A stretch of 64,000 nucleotides of DNA from assembly GCA_018818205.1 (NCBI GenBank), contig JAHISJ010000006.1:41817-105816 (forward strand), read 5' to 3'. The notes beneath the pieces are model-generated. The model made no database searches, was not told where the DNA came from, and saw only the letters and a list, made by a program, of their open reading frames with translations. The stretch is from Patescibacteria group bacterium (GTDB lineage: Bacteria > Patescibacteriota > JABMPQ01 > JAHIRA01). The position numbers and the translations under genes are program-made. Shown one piece after another: positions 1-8,165 of this stretch (position 1 is its first letter; each line of letters starts with the position of its first letter).

Positions 1-23
1 GGATTGTCGCAAGGGATCGTCAG

Positions 24-449
24 ATGGAAGAAGATGCGAGACGACGAGAGAATGCAAATACACAGACAGACCTACAGAGTTTTGAAGAAGTTCAACCAAT
101 GGTAGAAGAAGAGGGGGATACTCCCTATGACAGGAGTAATCGAGATCCTATGAAAGAGAGGATCCACTTTGACGCTGATCAGACACGGAGTGTATTAAAA
201 GAAGTAATAGCTCAAATCGATGATCCTGAGATTAAGGCTCGATATGAAACACAATTGGCTCTCTTAGAGCAGGGGAACAAGGATGAGGACGCATCTCAGG
301 AAAAATCAGGCCTACCACCTAAAGAACGTTTACGAAAGCTACAAGAATCATACACACAAAATAAAGATAACATGAGTGATAAGGAGCGTGGGGCCTTTCT
401 TCTGGCAATTGACAAGCTTCAAGAACAGTTGGGCCCGGACAGTAGGTAA
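24..449 (+). CDS. Hypothetical acidic helical protein (probably 5'-truncated by window edge)
   Basis: Frame is open from position 3; C-terminal KERLRKLQESY...FLLAIDKLQEQLG resembles C-terminus of next ORF. Confidence 0.7.
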   Translation: MEEDARRRENANTQTDLQSFEEVQPMVEEEGDTPYDRSNRDPMKERIHFDADQTRSVLKEVIAQIDDPEIKARYETQLALLEQGNKDEDASQEKSGLPPKERLRKLQESYTQNKDNMSDKERGAFLLAIDKLQEQLGPDSR

Positions 450-471
450 ATAACACGCGTAATATAAGACG

Positions 472-1104
472 ATGAAGGAAGGTATGCCAGGGGATGTCTT
501 TCCTCAAGAAGAAACACCGAGAAATATGGATGAACGATTACCACTTCCGAGTGATGTTGATAATTTTGTGTTGCTCCAAAGTGCAACAGAGCAGTACGAA
601 CACGAGCAGGATCCTCACGAAAAAGAAAAATATAGGAAAGTTGTTGCAATGATTGAACGAAGCATAGAAGAAAAGCGTCAACATGACTTAAGAAGTGCAC
701 AAAGTGGTGAAAAAGCGTCTTCTGCCAAGCAACACTATAGATCTGCCACAGGGGAGTCAGACGTATTTGAAGAGTCTGAAGCAAAGGTACAGGGGCAGGA
801 ATCTTTCCCGGAAGCCTCTGACCTATTAAGGGGGTATACAGAAGAAGATCTTGAGGACGCCAAAAAGACTTTAGCTAAAGAAACTGATCTGGAAGAGAAG
901 GAAAAATGGCAAGCGGTGGTTGAGATAATTGAAAGAGTACTTAAAAGTCAACGAGATACCAGTGAGCACGCCAAGAGGGAGCGGCTGGAAGCACTCCAAG
1001 AAACGTATCGTCAAAATAACGAACGTATGACTGAAAAAGAACAGAACAGTTTTCTTGAAGCAATAGTTGCTCTTGAAGAAGAGCTGGGAGTTGAAAGAGA
1101 ATAA
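472..1104 (+). CDS. Hypothetical acidic helical repeat protein, paralog of upstream ORF
   Basis: 210 aa; internal repeat EKEKYRKVVAMIER / EKEKWQAVVEIIER; shared C-terminal module RERLEALQETY...FLEAIVALEEELG. Confidence 0.75.
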   Translation: MKEGMPGDVFPQEETPRNMDERLPLPSDVDNFVLLQSATEQYEHEQDPHEKEKYRKVVAMIERSIEEKRQHDLRSAQSGEKASSAKQHYRSATGESDVFEESEAKVQGQESFPEASDLLRGYTEEDLEDAKKTLAKETDLEEKEKWQAVVEIIERVLKSQRDTSEHAKRERLEALQETYRQNNERMTEKEQNSFLEAIVALEEELGVERE

Positions 1105-1125
1105 AAGTATCCGCTATATTTGCTG

Positions 1126-1153
1126 TTGACATTGTCTTTGAGTATGGTATTAT
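1126..1153 (+). promoter_or_regulatory. Sigma70-type promoter upstream of secE
   Basis: TTGACA-16-TATTAT with TG extended -10. Confidence 0.5.
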
Positions 1154-1239
1154 TATTACATAAAGAGCCCGGCAGGGGCTTTTTAAAAAACTCAAAAATT
1201 TGGTATACTTACTCTATATCATTTGTAACATTTTGACCT

Positions 1240-1437
1240 ATGACATTTAGTCTAACTGAGAACAAAGTCGTTACCTTTTTAAAAGAAGCACGTGTAGAGC
1301 TTTCTAAGGTAGTCTGGCCTACACGGCAAGAGCTTATTAGACACACTGCAATTGTTATTGGTATATCACTTGGTACTGCGTTGTATCTTGGAGTATTAGA
1401 CTTAATCTTCCAAGGAATTCTTGAGAGAGTGATATAA
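1240..1437 (+). CDS. secE: Preprotein translocase subunit SecE
   Basis: FLKEARVELSKVVWPTRQE motif, single TM, upstream of nusG. Confidence 0.95.
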   Translation: MTFSLTENKVVTFLKEARVELSKVVWPTRQELIRHTAIVIGISLGTALYLGVLDLIFQGILERVI

Positions 1438-1498
1438 CACCACACTTTTCTTTGAATATAAAATTGATTATTAACTATTGTAATATTAATTCGTCTAT

Positions 1499-2044
1499 AT
1501 GCCTAAGCAAGTAGGAAAACAGGAGCGAGCGTGGTACGTTTTACATACTTATTCCGGGTATGAAGAAAACGTTGCAGAAAATTTGGACCAACGTATTGAG
1601 TCCATGAACATGAAGGACAGGATTTTTAATATCATTGTCCCTAAAGAAAAGAAGATCAAAATTAGAAACGGTAAACGTCATATTGTTGAAGAAAAGGTGT
1701 ATCCCGGTTATGTTTTGGTTGAGATGATAGTTACCGATGATTCCTGGTACGTGGTTAGAAATACGCCAAACGTCACGGGTTTTGTTGGGTCAGGAACAAC
1801 ACCAACACCTATTGAGCAAGAAGAGATGGATCTTCTTAAGAAACGTATGGGTGTTGAGGAACCTAAATATACCATTGAACTTTCAAATGGCGATCCGGTC
1901 AAAGTTACTGATGGACCATTTAAGGACTTTGATGGTCGTGTCGAGTCTGTTGATGAAGAAAAAGGAAAAATAAAAGTACTGGTGAACATGTTTGGCCGCG
2001 AAACACCAGTTGAACTTGATTATCTACAAGTTAAAAAGTTGTAA
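1499..2044 (+). CDS. nusG: Transcription termination/antitermination factor NusG
   Basis: WYVLHTYSGYE, PGYVLVEM, VRNTPNVTGFVG, KOW region with FGRETPVEL. Confidence 0.98.
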   Translation: MPKQVGKQERAWYVLHTYSGYEENVAENLDQRIESMNMKDRIFNIIVPKEKKIKIRNGKRHIVEEKVYPGYVLVEMIVTDDSWYVVRNTPNVTGFVGSGTTPTPIEQEEMDLLKKRMGVEEPKYTIELSNGDPVKVTDGPFKDFDGRVESVDEEKGKIKVLVNMFGRETPVELDYLQVKKL

Positions 2045-2050
2045 CACCCT

Positions 2051-2605
2051 ATGGGGGTACTTCTGTTTTTACTACAATTGCTCTGGCTGTGCTTGCCTGG
2101 TGCGCTTGCAAATATGGCTCCGGTATTGCTTAAGAATCATTTTTCTGTTTTGGCGGTTCCTATTGACCTCGGAAAAAAGTGGCGCGGAAAACCAATTTTT
2201 GGTAGCCATAAGACGTTTCGGGGGTTTCTCTTTGGGACGCTTGCAGGAGTCATCATTGGAACGCTCCAGGGGGTGTTGTATCATAATTTTGAAGTGTTCA
2301 GGACGATTTCTGTTGTGGATTTTGATGTGTTCCCTGGATGGCTTCTTGGTTTATTGATGGGGTTTGGTGCTCTTTTTGGTGACGCGGTTAAAAGCCTTAT
2401 TAAGCGGAGGCTAAGCGTTGCTCCGGGGAAGCCGTTTTTCCCGTGGGATCAGCTCGATGCGTACTTTGGCGCGATACTGTTTGTTCTTCCGTTTGTGCCG
2501 CTTCCACTCGACATCGTTATTGGAGGAGTGATTTTTGTTCCTTGTTTTCATATTATTTCAAACACTGTAGGCTATTTACTTGGCCTTAAGAAAAGTATTA
2601 TTTAA
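2051..2605 (+). CDS. carS: CDP-archaeol synthase (CarS/DUF46) family CTP-transferase
   Basis: LPGALANMAPV, PIDLG...GKPIFGSHKTFRG, GALFGDAVKSLIKRR, PWDQLD, H..SN..GY.LGLK motifs typical of CarS family. Confidence 0.85.
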   Translation: MGVLLFLLQLLWLCLPGALANMAPVLLKNHFSVLAVPIDLGKKWRGKPIFGSHKTFRGFLFGTLAGVIIGTLQGVLYHNFEVFRTISVVDFDVFPGWLLGLLMGFGALFGDAVKSLIKRRLSVAPGKPFFPWDQLDAYFGAILFVLPFVPLPLDIVIGGVIFVPCFHIISNTVGYLLGLKKSII

Positions 2606-2678
2606 TCTTTACAAATACCAAGATTCTTTGGTAGAATGAACGGTATTCGACATTAGAAACTTTGTAACTCTCATGATT

Positions 2679-3107
2679 ATGGCAAAAAAAGAGGTAAAAA
2701 CGATGATCAAGCTTCAGATCCAAGCAGGGAAGGCGAATCCAGCTCCTCCTGTTGGGCCAGCGCTTGGTCAGCACGGCATTAATATTCAAGATTTTTGTAC
2801 GCAGTTTAACGACAAAACTAAAGATCAGGGTGGTGATGTAATCCCTGTTGAAATTACTGTCTATGAGGACAGAAGCTTTGATTTTGTCTTAAAAACACCG
2901 CCTGCTGCAGAACTTATTAAAAAAGCTGCTGGTCTTAAAAAAGCTTCCGCGGAGCCTCATAAAGATAAAGTAGGAAAGATTACCAAAAAACAAGCTCAGG
3001 AGATTGCAGAACGTAAAATGCAAGATCTTAATGCACATGATTTAGACGCAGCAACCAAGATTATTGCGGGAACAGCACGAAGTATGGGGATTGAAGTTAA
3101 GGGTTAG
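2679..3107 (+). CDS. rplK: 50S ribosomal protein L11
   Basis: [30 protein letters not shown]. Confidence 0.98.
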   Translation: MAKKEVKTMIKLQIQAGKANPAPPVGPALGQHGINIQDFCTQFNDKTKDQGGDVIPVEITVYEDRSFDFVLKTPPAAELIKKAAGLKKASAEPHKDKVGKITKKQAQEIAERKMQDLNAHDLDAATKIIAGTARSMGIEVKG

Positions 3108-3140
3108 GCTTTAACACAGTGACAAAACATGGTATTGTTG

Positions 3141-3161
3141 AAAGCGCCTGAAGGGCGCTTT
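3141..3161 (+). terminator. Hairpin terminator after rplK
   Basis: AAAGCGCC-TGAAG-GGCGCTTT followed by T-rich tract. Confidence 0.55.
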
Positions 3162-3183
3162 GTTTGTTTGTAAAACGTTTTAT

Positions 3184-3756
3184 ATGTTTATCTCCTGGGC
3201 AAAAAAGAAGACTGACAAGCAAATTCCTCGAAAATCGTTTAGAGTGCTCTATTCATGGGGATTTACGCCAAATCGACTGACATTTTTGTCAGCAGTTTTT
3301 AAAGTACTTGCTGGGTACTTTTTTTATACTGGTATGTTTATGTGGGGAGGGTTTGCCATTATTTTTGACTATTTTTTTGATTTTCTTGACGGTGGTATTG
3401 CAAGACATTTAAATAAAACAACAAAGCGTGGGGCTATTTATGATTTTTTAGCGGATAGGGTTTTAAGAGAAGGATGGATAATTGCGCTGGCGTTTGGTGG
3501 ATGGATATCATTTGAACTTGCGCTTATAGTGGTGCTTGTTGATGCGTTTTCATACTTTTTCCATGACTACGCTGAGCTTAACAAGCTTAAGCAAATCGAT
3601 TGGCTTCCGGCAAATCATAAATTTGTTGTCTATGGTGCTTTTTTAGGACACATGCCCTTATTTTTAATGATTGGTATAGTGGTTAATGCAATTTTTACGG
3701 TTACAAACGTTGTTTCGCTTATTGTTTTGAATAAGGAGGAGAGAGACAAAGAATAG
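3184..3756 (+). CDS. CDP-alcohol phosphatidyltransferase family protein
   Basis: Complete D-x2-DG-x2-AR-x8-G-x3-D-x3-D signature (DFLDGGIARHLNKTTKRGAIYDFLAD); N-terminal GFTPNRLT. Confidence 0.9.
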   Translation: MFISWAKKKTDKQIPRKSFRVLYSWGFTPNRLTFLSAVFKVLAGYFFYTGMFMWGGFAIIFDYFFDFLDGGIARHLNKTTKRGAIYDFLADRVLREGWIIALAFGGWISFELALIVVLVDAFSYFFHDYAELNKLKQIDWLPANHKFVVYGAFLGHMPLFLMIGIVVNAIFTVTNVVSLIVLNKEERDKE

Positions 3757-3913
3757 ACTGCTGTTGGCTTCAGTATCTTGATCATCACATCATACAGTTT
3801 CCAGCCAGGAAACTGGAGCTAACAATTTTTAACTCAAAATACCTCTTGAACAGTACGTTTCTTCCTGCTACACTACGAAGGTACAAATATCGTTTGTACT
3901 CATTTAATAAGTC

Positions 3914-3965
3914 ATGTGGGACCAAGTGCCGACCGTTAGGTCTGGTACATGGGTTTGCACCACAT
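3914..3965 (+). promoter_or_regulatory. Putative L1 autoregulatory leader hairpin
   Basis: ATGTGG/CCACAT basal stem with GGGA...ACCAC internal loop and extended upper stem, 12 nt before rplA ATG. Confidence 0.55.
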
Positions 3966-3977
3966 AACACTACATAT

Positions 3978-4658
3978 ATGTCAAAAAGAGGTAAGAAGTA
4001 TACAGAGGCGCAAGAATTAATAGGTGCAGATGAGTATTCGTTAGCAGATGCCGTTGATAAAGTTATTGAGACATCCAAAACATCGTTTGACTCATCGGTT
4101 GAATTACATATGGCACTTGGGATTGATCCATCAAAAGGAGATCAACTAGTGAGAGGCACAGTTACCCTTCCGCATGGTACGGGTAAAAAGCTTAGAATAG
4201 CCGCGTTCGTGCCGCAAGACAAAGTAAAAGAGGCAGAAGATGCGGGCGCAGCACTTGTTGGCTCTGAAGAGCTTATTGACAAGATTCAAAAGTCCGGGAA
4301 GTGTGATTTTGATATTGCTGTCGCAACCCCTGATATGATGCGCTTTCTTGGTAAGGTTGCTAAGATTTTAGGACCAAAAGGACTTATGCCTAACCCAAAA
4401 AATGAGACGGTGACGCCGGATCCAGCAAATGTGATTAAAGAGCTTTCTCAAGGTAAAGTCAGTTTTAGAAACGATGACGGAGGCAATATGCACCAGGTCA
4501 TTGGTAAAGTTTCGTTTGGGAAAGACGCACTGCTTGAAAATGCCGAAGCCTATCTTGCTATTATCAAAAAAAACAAACCGTCTTCATCTAAGGGAGTCTT
4601 TTTAAAGAAGGTAGTTCTTTGCTCTTCAATGGGGCCTTCTGTTCGAGTTAAGATCTAA
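3978..4658 (+). CDS. rplA: 50S ribosomal protein L1
   Basis: MSKRGKKY start, VRGTVTLPHGTGK, LGPKGLMPNPK, SSMGPS. Confidence 0.97.
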   Translation: MSKRGKKYTEAQELIGADEYSLADAVDKVIETSKTSFDSSVELHMALGIDPSKGDQLVRGTVTLPHGTGKKLRIAAFVPQDKVKEAEDAGAALVGSEELIDKIQKSGKCDFDIAVATPDMMRFLGKVAKILGPKGLMPNPKNETVTPDPANVIKELSQGKVSFRNDDGGNMHQVIGKVSFGKDALLENAEAYLAIIKKNKPSSSKGVFLKKVVLCSSMGPSVRVKI

Positions 4659-4663
4659 TCTCT

Positions 4664-5098
4664 ATGCTTTCAAACGGAAAACTCAAGATTAAGCAGCTTA
4701 TAGAAGATGCAATGATTCCGACATACAATCATGACACTGATGCCGGACTTGATTTGTATAGCTGCGAAGATACGTTAGTTGCGCCAGGTGAGCGTAGAGC
4801 GGTAGGTACGGGCATTTCTGTTGCATTGCCCAGAGGTCACGTAGGGCTTGTCTGGGATAGATCCGGCCTGGCATTAAAACAAGGACTCACCACATTTGGT
4901 GGAGTGATTGACGAGGGGTATCGGGGAGAAATTAAAGTGATTTTGTATAATACTACGTCTCAGTACGTAGAAATAAAAAAACACGACAGGATTGCACAAT
5001 TGCTTCTGCAGCGCGTTGAAAAACCAAAAATAGAGATTGTCAATTATCTTGCAGATTCCGATCGGGGAGAGAAGGGATTTGGTTCAAGCGGCAAGTAG
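4664..5098 (+). CDS. dut: dUTP diphosphatase
   Basis: AGLDL, RSGLA, GVIDEGYRGEI, RIAQL, RGEKGFGSSG motifs. Confidence 0.97.
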   Translation: MLSNGKLKIKQLIEDAMIPTYNHDTDAGLDLYSCEDTLVAPGERRAVGTGISVALPRGHVGLVWDRSGLALKQGLTTFGGVIDEGYRGEIKVILYNTTSQYVEIKKHDRIAQLLLQRVEKPKIEIVNYLADSDRGEKGFGSSGK

Positions 5099-5165
5099 TT
5101 TTTTTGCGTATACTTCGTTTGATTGGTATACTAAAGAAAAGAATAACTATACTAAATAAAACAAA

Positions 5166-5942
5166 ATGGCTCAGGAAAAAAATTCAGTGATGAATATTGT
5201 CTCGGTGCTTTTGATGATTGTGCTTATTTTTATTCTTGGTGCAGGGCTGGTTCTGTTTTTAGTTAAAGATTCTGTTAAAGTACAGCTTTCCGGCATTCCC
5301 GGTAAGGAAGAAGACAGAGGTATCACCGTTTCCGGAACCGGCACAGTAGAAGCAGTGCCTGACATTGCGTCGTTTACTGTAACGGTGAATTCCGAGGCAA
5401 GTACACTTGAAGCAGCAAGGGACGATGCAACAAATAGAATGAATCGTGTTATTTCCATGCTCAAAGATGAAGGTATAGATGATGAGGATCTGGTCACATC
5501 GTCTTATGACGTAAAGCCAAAATACAAATATGATGATAGTTATAATAGAGAGATAGATGGCTATACCGCAACACAAACGCTGACAGTGAAGGTACGAGAT
5601 ACAGAAAAAGCAGGAGAGCTTCTTACAAAAACCACAGAAAGTGGCGCAACTAAGGTTTCTAGTCTTTCATTTACCGTTGATGACAGAGAAAAATTGGAGG
5701 ATGAAGCACGAGTAAAAGCCATTGAAGATGCAAAACAGCGAGCAGAAATGATGGCAGGAGCTGTCGATCAAAAGGTAGGTGCGATTATTTCTATCTCGGA
5801 AGGATCAACGCCAGGCGGGTTTAATTATTCAGGGGTTGCAGCAAAAGAAACAGCGGATGCAGAAGCACCGCCAGAGCCACAAATTGAACCGGGCGAGCAA
5901 GAAATTGTAAAAACTGTTTCAGTGCGGTTTGAGATTTTGTAA
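5166..5942 (+). CDS. SIMPL (DUF541) domain membrane-anchored protein
   Basis: N-terminal TM; ITVSGTGTVEAVPD; A..DAK.RAE; IEPGEQ.I...VSVRF. Confidence 0.9.
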   Translation: MAQEKNSVMNIVSVLLMIVLIFILGAGLVLFLVKDSVKVQLSGIPGKEEDRGITVSGTGTVEAVPDIASFTVTVNSEASTLEAARDDATNRMNRVISMLKDEGIDDEDLVTSSYDVKPKYKYDDSYNREIDGYTATQTLTVKVRDTEKAGELLTKTTESGATKVSSLSFTVDDREKLEDEARVKAIEDAKQRAEMMAGAVDQKVGAIISISEGSTPGGFNYSGVAAKETADAEAPPEPQIEPGEQEIVKTVSVRFEIL

Positions 5943-5945
5943 CAT

Positions 5946-6557
5946 ATGAATAATCTTCAAGACCAAGAAGAATATCCGGGGAACCTTATTGTTCTCTACG
6001 GGGTAAACAACTGCGGAAAAACAACTCAAGCCAACATGCTTGTTGAATCTGTACAGGAGCTTGGGTATGATGCAGAGCATTTAAAGTACCCGATTTATGA
6101 CATCAACCCAAGTGGTGAGTATATCAATGAGGTTTTGCGTAAAGGAAAAAAAGTTTCGCCAAAAGAATTGCAGCTCTGGTATGCGCTTAATCGGCATCAA
6201 TATGAAGAACAATTGTTTAAAAAGCTACAAGAGGGCATTGTGGTCATTGCAGAAGACTATATAGGCACTGGCATTGCATGGGGGATGGCACATGGGGTTC
6301 CCAAGGAGACGTTAAGAGAAATAAATAAGGACTTATATCCCGAGGATCTAGGGATATTGCTTCGAGGTGCACGTTACACCGATGCGGTCGAGAAGGGGCA
6401 TTTGCACGAGGAAGATGATGAACTCGTGGAGCGATGCACAGAGATTCATAATGAATTGGCGGCGCAGTATGGCTGGGTACCAATAAATGCCGCTCAAGAG
6501 AAAGAGAACGTGCATAAAGACATTATGCGCGTCGTTGATCCATTTTTAGATCTATAA
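5946..6557 (+). CDS. tmk: Thymidylate kinase (divergent)
   Basis: GNLIVLYGVNNCGKTTQ P-loop, KYP, LWYALNR, GIVVIAEDY; dTMP kinase layout. Confidence 0.75.
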   Translation: MNNLQDQEEYPGNLIVLYGVNNCGKTTQANMLVESVQELGYDAEHLKYPIYDINPSGEYINEVLRKGKKVSPKELQLWYALNRHQYEEQLFKKLQEGIVVIAEDYIGTGIAWGMAHGVPKETLREINKDLYPEDLGILLRGARYTDAVEKGHLHEEDDELVERCTEIHNELAAQYGWVPINAAQEKENVHKDIMRVVDPFLDL

Positions 6558-6572
6558 CTAACATTTCAAGAA

Positions 6573-8075
6573 ATGAGCTCTACGTCATCTCAGATTGTCA
6601 TTGGGCTTGAGGTCCATATTCAGCTTTCAACAAAAAGTAAGTTGTTTTGTAGTTGTTCAAATGACTCGTTTAATGTAGCACCAAATACACATGTATGTCC
6701 GCTTTGTATGGGACATCCGGGGACATTGCCGGTACCTAATATGAAGGCTATTGAATATGCAATAAAAGCAGGGCTTGCGTTTAACTCTGAGATTCCTCAT
6801 GAAACCAAGTTTGATAGGAAAAATTATTTTTATCCCGATCTGCCAAAAGGCTACCAAATTTCTCAATATGATCAGCCTTGCTGCGTGGGAGGATTCATTG
6901 ATGTTCCACTAGACGATGATAAGAAACGTGTGAGACTCAGACGTGTGCATCTTGAGGAAGATGCAGGAAAGTTGGTACATCCAGTTGGTGCTAATTATAG
7001 CCTCGTTGACTATAATCGCTCCGGAACGCCGCTTATAGAAATAGTTACTGAACCAGATATTAGCTCAAGTGAGGAAGCGTATTTACTTGCTCAGAAGGTT
7101 CAGGAGGTATGCAGATATATTTCCGTATCAGATGTTGATATGGAAAAGGGGCACATGCGGTTTGATATGAACATCAGCTTAAATGATGGTGACGGAAACC
7201 AGGTTACGGAGATTTCTGAAATAAAAAACCTCAATTCTTTTAGAAGTCTTAAAAAAGCGATTGAGTTTGAGGCAGTGAGACACAAAGAAGCGTATGAAAA
7301 AGGGGAGCGGCTGATTCATGAAACTAGAGGGTGGGATGATGACAAGGAAGCAAGTGTTTCTCAGCGGAGTAAAGAAGATGCACCTGACTACCGGTATTTT
7401 CCTGAACCGGATATTCCTAAAATCGTCTTATCCAGTGATCTTGTTTCTAAGATTAAGCGTACACTTCCGGAAATGCCAGAAGAAAGAAAAGCAAGGTTCG
7501 TGGAAGAGTATGGTATTTCTAAAAAAGAAGCCGGGACAATCATTGCCAATAAGTATGTCGCAGAGTTTTTTGAAAACACTCTCTCAGAGCTTATTGAGTG
7601 GGCAAGCACACTTGAGGGCAAAGAGTCAAAAAAAGATGATGAGAAGAAAAAACTAGCAAAGCTTGCTTCAAATTGGCTTCTTTCTGAACTCTACGGCCTA
7701 ATGAGACCAGAAAGGGTCAAAATTCAAGAAATAAAGATAACTGCAGAGAACTTTGCTGAGCTTATCGCGCTGGTATATGAAAAGAAGGTAAACTCAAGTG
7801 CAGCCCAAGAGATACTAAAAGAGATGTTTATGACCGGCAATGACCCCACGCACATTATGAATGAGAAGGGTTTAAAGCAGGTTGATGATATTGATGAGCT
7901 TTCACTGGTTTGCGATACGGTTATTCAAGAAAATAATGAAGTTGTAGAGAGTATTAAAGAGGGCAAAGAGAGCGCATTGCAGTTTTTGATGGGACAGGTT
8001 ATGGCAAAGACCAAAGGGAGTGCCAACCCTCAAAAGGTAATGGAAATTCTGAAGACTAAGATTATTGGTGGATAA
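6573..8075 (+). CDS. gatB: Asp/Glu-tRNA amidotransferase subunit B
   Basis: IGLEVHIQL, FDRKNYFYPDLPKGYQISQ, HLEEDAGK, DYRYFPEPD. Confidence 0.98.
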   Translation: MSSTSSQIVIGLEVHIQLSTKSKLFCSCSNDSFNVAPNTHVCPLCMGHPGTLPVPNMKAIEYAIKAGLAFNSEIPHETKFDRKNYFYPDLPKGYQISQYDQPCCVGGFIDVPLDDDKKRVRLRRVHLEEDAGKLVHPVGANYSLVDYNRSGTPLIEIVTEPDISSSEEAYLLAQKVQEVCRYISVSDVDMEKGHMRFDMNISLNDGDGNQVTEISEIKNLNSFRSLKKAIEFEAVRHKEAYEKGERLIHETRGWDDDKEASVSQRSKEDAPDYRYFPEPDIPKIVLSSDLVSKIKRTLPEMPEERKARFVEEYGISKKEAGTIIANKYVAEFFENTLSELIEWASTLEGKESKKDDEKKKLAKLASNWLLSELYGLMRPERVKIQEIKITAENFAELIALVYEKKVNSSAAQEILKEMFMTGNDPTHIMNEKGLKQVDDIDELSLVCDTVIQENNEVVESIKEGKESALQFLMGQVMAKTKGSANPQKVMEILKTKIIGG

Positions 8076-8082
8076 CACACAA

Positions 8083-8111
8083 TTGACACGGGCACAAATC
8101 TATGCTACAAT
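8083..8111 (+). promoter_or_regulatory. Sigma70-type promoter
   Basis: TTGACA-17-TACAAT with TG extension. Confidence 0.7.
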
Positions 8112-8165
8112 AAAAGCAACTCAAAAAGCGTTCTTTACAAAAAAACAAAAATAAAACTAAATACA

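Noticed and set aside
3846-3977. N-terminal extension of L1
   Set aside because: Canonical start MSKRGKKY is at 3978; upstream region looks like a structured leader
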